Part shown: positions 9,191 to 16,902 of the stretch, piece after piece | Layout of the letters: each line of letters opens with the position of its first letter | Position numbering within the stretch: position 1 is the stretch's first letter | NCBI RefSeq assembly: GCF_000217795.1 | Contig: NC_015681.1 | Span: forward strand, 641,244-673,243 | Direction of reading: 5' to 3' | Length of the DNA stretch: 32,000 nt | Origin: Thermodesulfatator indicus DSM 15286 | GTDB lineage: Bacteria; Desulfobacterota; Thermodesulfobacteria; Thermodesulfobacteriales; Thermodesulfatatoraceae | Translations under genes and position numbers: made by a program | Notes under the pieces: model-generated | The model's input: only the letters and a program-made list of their open reading frames with translations | Told to the model about the DNA's origin: nothing | The model's database searches: none

Positions 9191-11654
9191 TTCTAAACCC
9201 CAATTCGTTTAAAAAGGTTCTTACGATATCTCCTGTACCGAACTGTTCTCTTGGAGCCTTTTTTTCAGGTACAAAAACGAAGAGCTCCTCTTTGGCCCGG
9301 GTAAAAGCCACGTAAAGAAGATTTAAATTTTCCAAGGCCTGAGCCGCTCTTTCACGTAAAATCTTTTCTTTTACGGGCTGAGGATAAGGTTTTTGTACGT
9401 AGGCCAAGGTCCCCTCTTCAAGGGAAACAAGCTTTGAAGTCTTAATTTCCCAATGAATAAAGGGGAGAAACACAACGTCAAACTCAAGGCCTTTGGCTGC
9501 GTGAATGGTCAAAACACGCACAGCAGCAACCTCTTCCGGAAGCCCCAAACGCTCTTCGGGAGCCTTTTCTTCCCAGTGTTCAAGAAAAGAAGAAAGCCCT
9601 GCTCCCTCTTGTTCAAAAGCTAAGACCAGAGATAAAAACCGGTGTAAAAAGGCCTCCTCAGCAGGAAAACGCTCGTAAACTTTAAAAAGAAACATTATTT
9701 CGCGTACCAAATCATAAGGGGAAAGAAAACCCGCCTTGGCCAGCAATGGTTCAAGATAGTTTTTAAAGCCTTCTTTATCAAATTCTGCACAAGAGTCTTT
9801 TAGACAGCCTTTTTTACCAGCCTCTAGCCAAAATTCTTCTGGAAGATTTAAAAAACCTTTGGCCACAGGGCTCCTCAAAAAACCCGCAAGGGCCACGTTA
9901 TCATAAGGATAGTCTAGAAAAGAAAGGAGCGAAATTAAAGCCTTAATCACGGGAGAACTGGTAAGGCGTAAGGCATTTTCAGTCACCGCGGGGATACCCA
10001 TTTCAAAAAGAAGGCAGGCCATATCTTCAGCCTGGTTGTTAGTGCGCACCAAAATGGCCAGACTTTTTTGGCCAATAAGAGAACGTTTTTCTTGCAAAAT
10101 GTCTTTCAACTTTTCTTTTAAAGCTTCTTCTTGGGCCTGGCGTGTATCACCCTCATAAAAGATAATTTTCACCTGGCCGCCTGGCTTTTTTTCGGGAAGT
10201 TTTTGGTTTGCCCGAGAAAAGGTGTTACAAATAAATTTGGCCAGTTCCTCAGCGTGCGAACTGGCCAAGTTCCTTCGTTTACGGTCTTCTTCTGGATGAA
10301 GCATTTTAAAGGCAATGTTTCGAGCGTGTTTTTCTTCAGCAAGGAGCTCAAAAAAACTGTTATTAAAGGACACCAGCGCCTCTTTAGCGCGCCAGTTAAA
10401 AGGTAGGGGTTCATCTATTAACTCAGCAGGTAGTTCCTGAGGCACCAGATTAAAAAGCCTAGGATCGCCTCCTCGCCAAACATAAATGGCTTGTTTTATG
10501 TCACCCACGTAAGTTAAGGTGCCCCCCTGGCTCAAAGCCTCTTCTACCAATGGTTTTAAGGCAGACCACTGTTGCTGGCTGGTATCCTGAAATTCGTCTA
10601 TCAAAAAATGTCTAAATCTGGACCCAAGTTTACAGTAAACGAGGGGGACTCCTTCTTCGCGCAAGAATTTTTCTACTAATTCTATCCAGCCACCGCCGTG
10701 AATGAGGCCTTCTTGGCGGCGCAAACGTTCAAGTTCATTTTTTAGTTTCTCGTATAAACGGGCATAAGGTATAAGCCTTACGATGGCCCGCGCCAAAAGA
10801 TATTCTTCAAGCCTTTCTTTAAATTCCGTATAGCGTTTTTCAACTTTTTCAGGGATAAAACGGCTTTTAAATAATTCTCTGGCATAATCTTTATGAAACG
10901 GAGTAGCGTTAAAGTGGCCAAGGGGGTCGAGGAATTTTTCTTCCCAGGAAGAATACCTGAAAACGAGCCCCTCCTCTTGAACCACGGCTAAAAAGTCCTT
11001 GGCAGCCTGTTCAACACTTTGGGCCAGTTCTTCAAGAAGGTAATCTTCTTTTACTCCAGCAAGGGATTTGCCTTTTAGTTCGTAGCGAAAGAGATCGAGT
11101 AAGGTTTTACGAATAGACTTTTCCGGGTTAAAGCCGCTTCTGGTTTCTATCTCTAGGAAAGTCAAAAGCACTTCACGAAAAACATTGCGAATATCACTTT
11201 CTCCTTCGCGTAAGGAAAGAAGTAAACGGTCGTAGGCCCTGGCTAAGAGGATATCTTCTTTCAATTCGGCCTCAAGGTCTGGCCTAAGGCCTGCCTCAAG
11301 GGCCACTCCCCTCAAAATACTAAAAATCAAGGAATCGATGGTACGCACCTGGAGGTCGTTGAAGTTTTCAAAAATTATTTTTAGCCACTTATGAGCAACT
11401 TCAGGCGAAAGCTTAGTTTGGGAAGCAAGGCTTTTACCGTAAGAAGTTTCAAGGGCAATACTCTTTAAGGCCTTTATAAGCCGTTCTTTCATTTCAGCCG
11501 CAGCCTTGTTGGTAAAAGTGATAGCCACTATGGAACGCAAATTGGCCGGGCTCGGAGGAAGGCTAGCCAAAAGTTCAAGAAACCGGCTGGTGAGCCTATA
11601 AGTCTTTCCCGCTCCTGCAGAAGCCTCTATTCTCAAAATAAAAGGGCTATTCAT
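9180..11654 (-). CDS. UvrD/AddA/RecB-like superfamily-1 helicase lacking its own nuclease domain
   Basis: 824-aa ORF with Walker A EASAGAGKTYRLT, motif II LIDEFQDTSQQQW, YVGDIKQAIYVWRGG, LTIHAAKGLEFDVVF and motif VI YVAFTRAKEELFVF. It is overlapped at both ends by neighbouring genes (8 nt upstream, 11 nt downstream). Confidence 0.8.
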   Translation of the reverse strand: MNSPFILRIEASAGAGKTYRLTSRFLELLASLPPSPANLRSIVAITFTNKAAAEMKERLIKALKSIALETSYGKSLASQTKLSPEVAHKWLKIIFENFNDLQVRTIDSLIFSILRGVALEAGLRPDLEAELKEDILLARAYDRLLLSLREGESDIRNVFREVLLTFLEIETRSGFNPEKSIRKTLLDLFRYELKGKSLAGVKEDYLLEELAQSVEQAAKDFLAVVQEEGLVFRYSSWEEKFLDPLGHFNATPFHKDYARELFKSRFIPEKVEKRYTEFKERLEEYLLARAIVRLIPYARLYEKLKNELERLRRQEGLIHGGGWIELVEKFLREEGVPLVYCKLGSRFRHFLIDEFQDTSQQQWSALKPLVEEALSQGGTLTYVGDIKQAIYVWRGGDPRLFNLVPQELPAELIDEPLPFNWRAKEALVSFNNSFFELLAEEKHARNIAFKMLHPEEDRKRRNLASSHAEELAKFICNTFSRANQKLPEKKPGGQVKIIFYEGDTRQAQEEALKEKLKDILQEKRSLIGQKSLAILVRTNNQAEDMACLLFEMGIPAVTENALRLTSSPVIKALISLLSFLDYPYDNVALAGFLRSPVAKGFLNLPEEFWLEAGKKGCLKDSCAEFDKEGFKNYLEPLLAKAGFLSPYDLVREIMFLFKVYERFPAEEAFLHRFLSLVLAFEQEGAGLSSFLEHWEEKAPEERLGLPEEVAAVRVLTIHAAKGLEFDVVFLPFIHWEIKTSKLVSLEEGTLAYVQKPYPQPVKEKILRERAAQALENLNLLYVAFTRAKEELFVFVPEKKAPREQFGTGDIVRTFLNELGFRNAS

Positions 11655-13062
11655 CTTTCGGACGTTTAATTTCCACTCTAAGGATTATCTCTTGTTTTCC
11701 ATTAGGAGGAAGATTAAAGCGCCATATAACCTTGCCATCAGGATGTTTTTCCTGCCAGGGAGGATTAGCCTGTGCTTTGATTTTTACTTCTTTTTTTCGG
11801 CTTATTGGCACTTTATCTATGATTTCCAGGTCAAAAGGCCTATCATAGTGGTTGATAAACACAGTTTTTACCTCGCGCAAGCGGGTCTTCTTACCGAAAA
11901 AGCTATCTCCTTTGACATCCTTTAGGACAACCCGTTTTATTTCAATAAGAGAGGCTGGCCCGAAATAAACTTTTTGACTTATACCGGGATTTAAGGGGCC
12001 GATTTCCCCCTCCCCTACGAGAGCTCCATCCAGGTAAAAACGGGCCTTTAATCGAGGAAAACTCCTGTCAGGAATTAGGTCCGCCCTGAAAAAGGCTTTA
12101 TTTACCGCATAAACCGGTGCTTCTAAAAGGAATTTTTCAACTTTAAATGTTTCTTCACCCAGAGAAATAGCAGTTGGCTTACCTGAAGGTAAGTCAACAT
12201 AAGAGACTGTTACCCTTTCCCAAATATTTCCTGGAGACTTTTCTCTTTTTATTTCTTTTACGGCCTCTACAGTCTTTCGTAAAAGGAGCTTAGGCCGAGG
12301 AGAAAATTCATCTACTATCCAGGGAGTAAAGGGAGGAGGTTTTAGCACAGCAAAATCTTCCCCACGGGGATAAAAGATTATCTTTACTCCAGGCCAAGAG
12401 TTACCGCTCTTTTGGGTAATTAAACCCATGGCCCTGAGAAAGAGTTCTTTATCCTGGGTATTTAGTAAACATTCATAATTTTCGCGCCAGGAGATGAGCT
12501 TTCCAGCAGGATAGCGCACTTGAAAGCTCCCCTGCCCTTTTACCTGAATTATTAACGCTGAGGTGTTAAGAGAAACTATTTGACTTTCAAGTTCTTTAAG
12601 CTGTTTTTTTAGTGTTTCTCTCTCTTTTTCTTTGGCAAGCTTAGCTATAAAAAGCTTTTTCCACACCTGGTGATAGCTTTCAAAAACCTGCGGGGAAGGC
12701 GTTTCTCTCTTTCCTTTTAAGGCGTCTTCAACCAGAGATATTTCTCGGTTCAAGGTCTCTATATCTCTTTCTAAGGCATCAAGTTTTTCTCTGAGTTTTT
12801 TTACATTAAGACTTAGAAGATCTTTTTTGGAAACTTTTTCAAGAGAAATGGAGATGAGCCTTAATCCCGAAGAGGCCCTAAAATTTATTTCCTCAGGTGA
12901 GACTTCTTTGGCCAGAATCAGACGGTTAAGCCCGGCTTTTAAAGGGAATTCTTCTACGATAAAAATTTTATGCTGGTAAATCTCTATTTCTTTTACTTTG
13001 GCTTTAGCAGAACTAGGCAGAATAATTATTATTAGAAAATAGACCCAAAAAAGCTTTTTCAC
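11647..13062 (-). CDS. Secreted DUF4139/DUF4140 (MuiA-like) protein with central coiled coil
   Basis: 471-aa ORF with a GTG start and a signal peptide (MKKLFWVYFLIIIILPSSAKA). A long heptad-like K/E/L region sits in the middle (LREKLDALERDIETLNREISLVEDAL ... LKKQLKELESQI). The C-terminal beta-rich region (ARFYLDGALVGEGEIGPL ... FDLEIIDKVPISRKKEVKIK ... GKVIWRFNLPPNGKQEIILRVEI) matches my memory of the DUF4139 family. No HMM was run. Confidence 0.6.
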   Translation of the reverse strand: MKKLFWVYFLIIIILPSSAKAKVKEIEIYQHKIFIVEEFPLKAGLNRLILAKEVSPEEINFRASSGLRLISISLEKVSKKDLLSLNVKKLREKLDALERDIETLNREISLVEDALKGKRETPSPQVFESYHQVWKKLFIAKLAKEKERETLKKQLKELESQIVSLNTSALIIQVKGQGSFQVRYPAGKLISWRENYECLLNTQDKELFLRAMGLITQKSGNSWPGVKIIFYPRGEDFAVLKPPPFTPWIVDEFSPRPKLLLRKTVEAVKEIKREKSPGNIWERVTVSYVDLPSGKPTAISLGEETFKVEKFLLEAPVYAVNKAFFRADLIPDRSFPRLKARFYLDGALVGEGEIGPLNPGISQKVYFGPASLIEIKRVVLKDVKGDSFFGKKTRLREVKTVFINHYDRPFDLEIIDKVPISRKKEVKIKAQANPPWQEKHPDGKVIWRFNLPPNGKQEIILRVEIKRPKDE

Positions 13063-13120
13063 GGCAGGCCTCTAAAATTTTATTAAAAAGAATAACCAGA
13101 TTTATGGGGACAGGCAAACC

Positions 13121-14227
13121 CTAATAAGCCTCGGAAATAAGATGGCGATTACCGATATTGACTTTTTTGAGCCCGTATTTTTTGGCTATGGCCAGGGCCA
13201 TTTCTACATGACGCCTAGAAGTAGTAGGAAGGTCATCGAGGTAAAAAGTAGGGTAATAAGCCAGAAGAGACCAAGGAATATCTTTTGATAGAGAAGAGAT
13301 AAAGGACGCTATCTTTTCCAGTTCTTCTTCGTCGACATAGCCTGGCACAAGAAGAGTAGAAGCAACTAAGGCCGGAAGTTCAGGGCGACCCTCGGCCATC
13401 TCTGCTAACAAAGCAAAATTCTCCCAGGTTTGCTTATTAGAAACACCACAAAGGGCTTGATGAACTGTGACACTGGCGGCTTTAAGGTCGATTTTTATAC
13501 AGCCACCAGACCCGAGAGAAAGCCTCATCATTTCCTTTATAACGCGGAAGTTTTCGGCACCATTGGTTTCCCAGCACACGCGAAAGATTTTTTCTTTTCT
13601 GAGTTCACGAGCCTTATCTGCCCAAAAAATAGCATGAAGGGCCTGAGGCCCTGGATCTCCTCCAAAAAAACATACACAAGAAACATGTTCTTTAAGGTCA
13701 GCAAACATATTGGCACTAGAAATCAGAGGGCCTCCCAGCCTACGGTTTCTAAAATGCCAGTTCTGGCAATAAAGACAATTAAAGTTACACGCCTCGTAGA
13801 AGACCGCTAGATTGGCGTAACCTCGCTCAGGGCCAGGCAAATAAGCAAAATGGGGATAACCAGCCCCAGTCCCGCCAGGACAAACAAAATCAGCCACACA
13901 ATTGGTGGGTAAAGGATCAAGATACCAGGATACATAGGCCCCATCTCGCCCGGGACCTATTAATCGGCCTTGGCGGTTTTGCCATACACCACAATAACCG
14001 TATTCACCTTCTAGAATACGACATTTATGATGACACAAGTTACAAGGAAGCCCATCGGGGGCCTTAGGAGGGACTTCTGGAAGGCCAAAATCCTTTCTAG
14101 TAAGCCGATGTATTTTTTCTATTTCTCTGCCAATTTCAGGCCATTTTTCCCGAATACAGCGCACACAAAAACCGATTTTTGAAGAAATAGTGACAGATTC
14201 CCTTCCACAGGCACGACAAACACCCAT
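13121..14227 (-). CDS. Radical SAM enzyme (PflA / AmmeMemoRadiSam-like activase family) with N-terminal zinc ribbon
   Basis: 368-aa ORF with the radical SAM cluster motif CNFNCLYCQNW. The N-terminus has a CRACGRE...CVRC zinc-ribbon-like pair and a second Cys-rich block, CNLCHHKCRILEGEYGYCGV. Its start is 1 nt after the nfeD stop. Confidence 0.8.
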   Translation of the reverse strand: MGVCRACGRESVTISSKIGFCVRCIREKWPEIGREIEKIHRLTRKDFGLPEVPPKAPDGLPCNLCHHKCRILEGEYGYCGVWQNRQGRLIGPGRDGAYVSWYLDPLPTNCVADFVCPGGTGAGYPHFAYLPGPERGYANLAVFYEACNFNCLYCQNWHFRNRRLGGPLISSANMFADLKEHVSCVCFFGGDPGPQALHAIFWADKARELRKEKIFRVCWETNGAENFRVIKEMMRLSLGSGGCIKIDLKAASVTVHQALCGVSNKQTWENFALLAEMAEGRPELPALVASTLLVPGYVDEEELEKIASFISSLSKDIPWSLLAYYPTFYLDDLPTTSRRHVEMALAIAKKYGLKKVNIGNRHLISEAY

Positions 14228-14228
14228 A

Positions 14229-15509
14229 TCAGCTTTTTCTTTTTACCCTTAAACGAAAACCCTCTACTTTTTCTACAACTACTTCTGTGTCTTCGGGGAT
14301 TTCTTCATCACTTATTGCCTGCCAGATTTCACCGTGTACAAAAACTTGTCCACCTTTAGGGCCAACCCGAGTAAGAGTTTTACCTGTTTCCCCAATAAGG
14401 CCTTCTGACCCAGTGGTAGGCTTACGCAAAACCGCTTTAGCGGCTAAAAAAGTTATACCTACAAAAAAGAGAGCTGTGCTTCCAAGTATGGGGAACAAGA
14501 CTTCTTTGGCCAGTTTAAGACCTTCTGGACTTTGATCAAAAAGCATCAGAGAACCAAAAATAAGACTTAATAAACCGACCAGAGCCAAAAGCCCGTAACT
14601 GGTTAGCTTGATTTCTAAAAAGAAAAATAAGCCAGAGAGCAAAATCAACAGCAAACCAGCATAGTTAATCGGTAAAAGATGCATAGAATAGAAAGCAAAA
14701 ATCAGACACAAAGCCCCTATTACCCCTGGAAGAATAGCCCCTGGATTTGAAAACTCAAAGTAAAGTCCGGCCAAACCTAACATGAGAAGAATATAAGAAA
14801 TATTGGGGTTAGTTATCAGGCGAAGAAGTTTATCTCTAAATGATTCTTTGAGGGTTATAGTTTTAGCGTCTTTGGTCTTTAAGATAACTTCTTTATTGTT
14901 GGCTAAAAGCACTTTACGGCCATCTATTTTTTGTAGCAGATCGTTAGGATTTTCAGCAATTAAATCAATAACTTTTAGTTTAAGGGCCTCCTCCGCAGAG
15001 ATAGAAACACTTTTCAGCACAGCTTTTTCCGCCCAGCGTGCATTCCGCCCCCTGAGCTTAGCTAAAGACTTGGCAAAAGCCGCTAAATCGTTAGCGGCCT
15101 TTCTCATCATTTCTTCGTCTTTTCCTCGTCCCATAGTCACTGGATGAGCCGCACCGATATTGGTGCCCGGAGCCATAGCAGCTATATGAGCAGCCAGAGT
15201 TATAAAGGTTCCCGCTGAAGCAGCATGAGCCCCTGAGGGATACACATAAACCACCACTGGGACCTCAGCAGATAAAATATTTTTTACTATTTTGCGAGTG
15301 GTAGAAACAAGACCACCCGGTGTATCAAGTTCAATTACGAGACAAGAAGCCCCTTCTTTCTCAGCCTTATTGATAGCTTTTTCTATTTTGGAATTAGTAA
15401 TAGGAGTAATGGCTTCCTGAATAGGAAGAATATATACTTTTTCTGCTGCCAAGACATTTGGAACAAAAAGAAAAATTAAGAGAAATGATAAAAGGAAATA
15501 TCGGGCCAC
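14229..15509 (-). CDS. nfeD: NfeD-family membrane-bound ClpP-class serine protease
   Basis: 426-aa ORF with a GTG start preceded by GGGAG. It has an N-terminal signal/anchor, a ClpP-like domain (LVIELDTPGGLV, YVYPSGAHAASAGTFI), a multi-TM middle and a C-terminal NfeD OB-fold (GETGKTLTRVGPKGGQVFVHGEIWQA ... VVVEKVEGFRLRVK). Confidence 0.85.
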   Translation of the reverse strand: MARYFLLSFLLIFLFVPNVLAAEKVYILPIQEAITPITNSKIEKAINKAEKEGASCLVIELDTPGGLVSTTRKIVKNILSAEVPVVVYVYPSGAHAASAGTFITLAAHIAAMAPGTNIGAAHPVTMGRGKDEEMMRKAANDLAAFAKSLAKLRGRNARWAEKAVLKSVSISAEEALKLKVIDLIAENPNDLLQKIDGRKVLLANNKEVILKTKDAKTITLKESFRDKLLRLITNPNISYILLMLGLAGLYFEFSNPGAILPGVIGALCLIFAFYSMHLLPINYAGLLLILLSGLFFFLEIKLTSYGLLALVGLLSLIFGSLMLFDQSPEGLKLAKEVLFPILGSTALFFVGITFLAAKAVLRKPTTGSEGLIGETGKTLTRVGPKGGQVFVHGEIWQAISDEEIPEDTEVVVEKVEGFRLRVKRKS

Positions 15510-15632
15510 TTTCTACTCCCAAAATTAAGTATTATCAAACATAAGTTAATAAACTACCCAATAGATATCAAACAATTTCGCCAAAATCTCTGCTTGAACA
15601 TTGTGGCAATGCCTCCTAAACCCCCTGTTTAC

Positions 15633-15667
15633 GGGCGGGGCAAAACCTCGCCTCTATTTGTTTGTGT
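15633..15667 (+). terminator. Intrinsic-terminator-like hairpin inside a GC-rich intergenic island
   Basis: An 8-bp stem (15633-15640 GGGCGGGG pairing with 15646-15653 CCTCGCCT, two G-U pairs) has loop CAAAA and is followed by CTATTTGTTTGTGT. No annotated plus-strand gene ends here, so the transcript it would terminate is unknown. Confidence 0.3.
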
Positions 15668-15915
15668 AGGGACGGCCTGGAAGGCCTTATTATTCCTGCT
15701 ACCTATACAAATGCGGTTGTAGGGTTAAGCGGGAATCTAGGATAAAAATTAAAGGGTAAAGTTTTCGGAATTTTAACCGATAGTATTTATGTAACTTTTG
15801 TTCAAAAAAACTTAACAAGTTTTAAAAAAAATAAAATAAATACTTGTTTTATCAAAAAAATTGATTAAACTTCCCTTTAATAGCAACAAAAATAAGGTTT
15901 AAAGGAGTTGATAAA

Positions 15916-16902
15916 ATGGCTCTTACATTAAGACAACTAGAAATATTTTTGGCAGTGGCTGAAACCGGGCATGTTACCACCGCGGCTAAGAAGATTTTTT
16001 TAACCCAATCAGCGGTAAGCATGGCTATTTCAGAGATGGAAAATATTCTGAACGGCCCTCTGTTTGATAGACAGGGCAAAAAGTTGGTTTTGAACGATCG
16101 TGGAAGGTTTTTGCTGCCTCATGCCCGCGAAATAGTAAATAAAATTCGCAATTTGGAACTTCTTTTGTCAGAGCCTGAAAACAAAATTGTAGGTACCCTT
16201 CACGTAGGAGCCAGCACCACCATTGGCAATTACGTAATGCCATTTATCGTTAGTGCCTTTATAGAAAAATACCCCGATGCAGAAATCAAACTCATTGTAG
16301 GAAATACACGCCAAATTGAAGAGCAAATAGAAGAAGGCATTTTAGACATAGGTTTTGTAGGAGGCTCTGTTCATAGTGACAAAATCGATGTTAAACCCTG
16401 GCTTGAAGATCGTATTCATATAATTGCTGGGGCTAATCATCCTCTGGCCCAAAAAGATAAAGTAACCTTAAAAGACCTTGAAAAGGCCCGTTGGATTATA
16501 CGTGAAGAAGGCTCTGGAGTAGCTGAAATCTTTGAAAACGTGATAGCCAAACAACTACCCAAAATAAACGTTTTCCTGCGGTTGGGTCATACAGAGGCCA
16601 TTAAAAAAGCAGTTGAAGCTGGCCTTGGTATTACCTGTCTTTCGGTCCTTACAGTATGTAGAGAGGTTGAACACGGCTGGATTAAGATTCTTGATGTCCC
16701 TGAACTAGAAATAAGCCATCGTCTTTCTATGATTTTAAGAAAAGACAAGCTTAAAACCAAGCTTCTTTCAGAATTTATGAATTTCTGCGAAGTCCTTGAG
16801 GTATGTTGCCAAGCTCAAAGTGCTTGTTTTACTTCTCCTGAACAGCTCATTTCTATATTGTCAAATTATGAGAGCTTACCACAAGCACAAATAAGCCAAT
16901 AA
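15916..16902 (+). CDS. LysR-family transcriptional regulator with Cys-rich C-terminal extension
   Basis: 328-aa ORF with AAAGGAG 8 nt upstream. It has an N-terminal wHTH (LRQLEIFLAVAETGHVTTAAKKIFLTQSAVSMAISEME) and a LysR substrate-binding domain. The tail carries C-x5-CC-x5-C (FCEVLEVCCQAQSAC). Confidence 0.9.
   Translation: MALTLRQLEIFLAVAETGHVTTAAKKIFLTQSAVSMAISEMENILNGPLFDRQGKKLVLNDRGRFLLPHAREIVNKIRNLELLLSEPENKIVGTLHVGASTTIGNYVMPFIVSAFIEKYPDAEIKLIVGNTRQIEEQIEEGILDIGFVGGSVHSDKIDVKPWLEDRIHIIAGANHPLAQKDKVTLKDLEKARWIIREEGSGVAEIFENVIAKQLPKINVFLRLGHTEAIKKAVEAGLGITCLSVLTVCREVEHGWIKILDVPELEISHRLSMILRKDKLKTKLLSEFMNFCEVLEVCCQAQSACFTSPEQLISILSNYESLPQAQISQ

Noticed and set aside
15674-15686. GGCCTGGAAGGCC hairpin, which resembles the SRP (4.5S) RNA GGAA-tetraloop region
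   Set aside because: The surrounding sequence lacks the conserved SRP domain IV symmetric and asymmetric loop sequences. The match is only a generic short hairpin.
15608-15721. 37-codon plus-strand ORF (MPPKPPVYGRGKTSPLFVCVGTAWKALLFLLPIQMRL) in the GC-rich island
   Set aside because: It has no SD upstream, and it spans the terminator-like hairpin, which would truncate its mRNA. The region is better explained as structured RNA or DNA.
15725-15737. 13-nt exact repeat TTAAGCGGGAATC shared with 26910-26922, initially considered a degenerate CRISPR repeat, MITE end or shared RNA motif
   Set aside because: A rough estimate gives several chance 13-mer repeats in a 32-kb window. The flanking sequence does not align, and there is no periodic repeat-spacer structure.
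15852-16079. 75-aa minus-strand ORF overlapping the LysR-family gene start
   Set aside because: It is antisense to the well-supported wHTH-coding region and runs into the A-tract promoter region. It has no SD.
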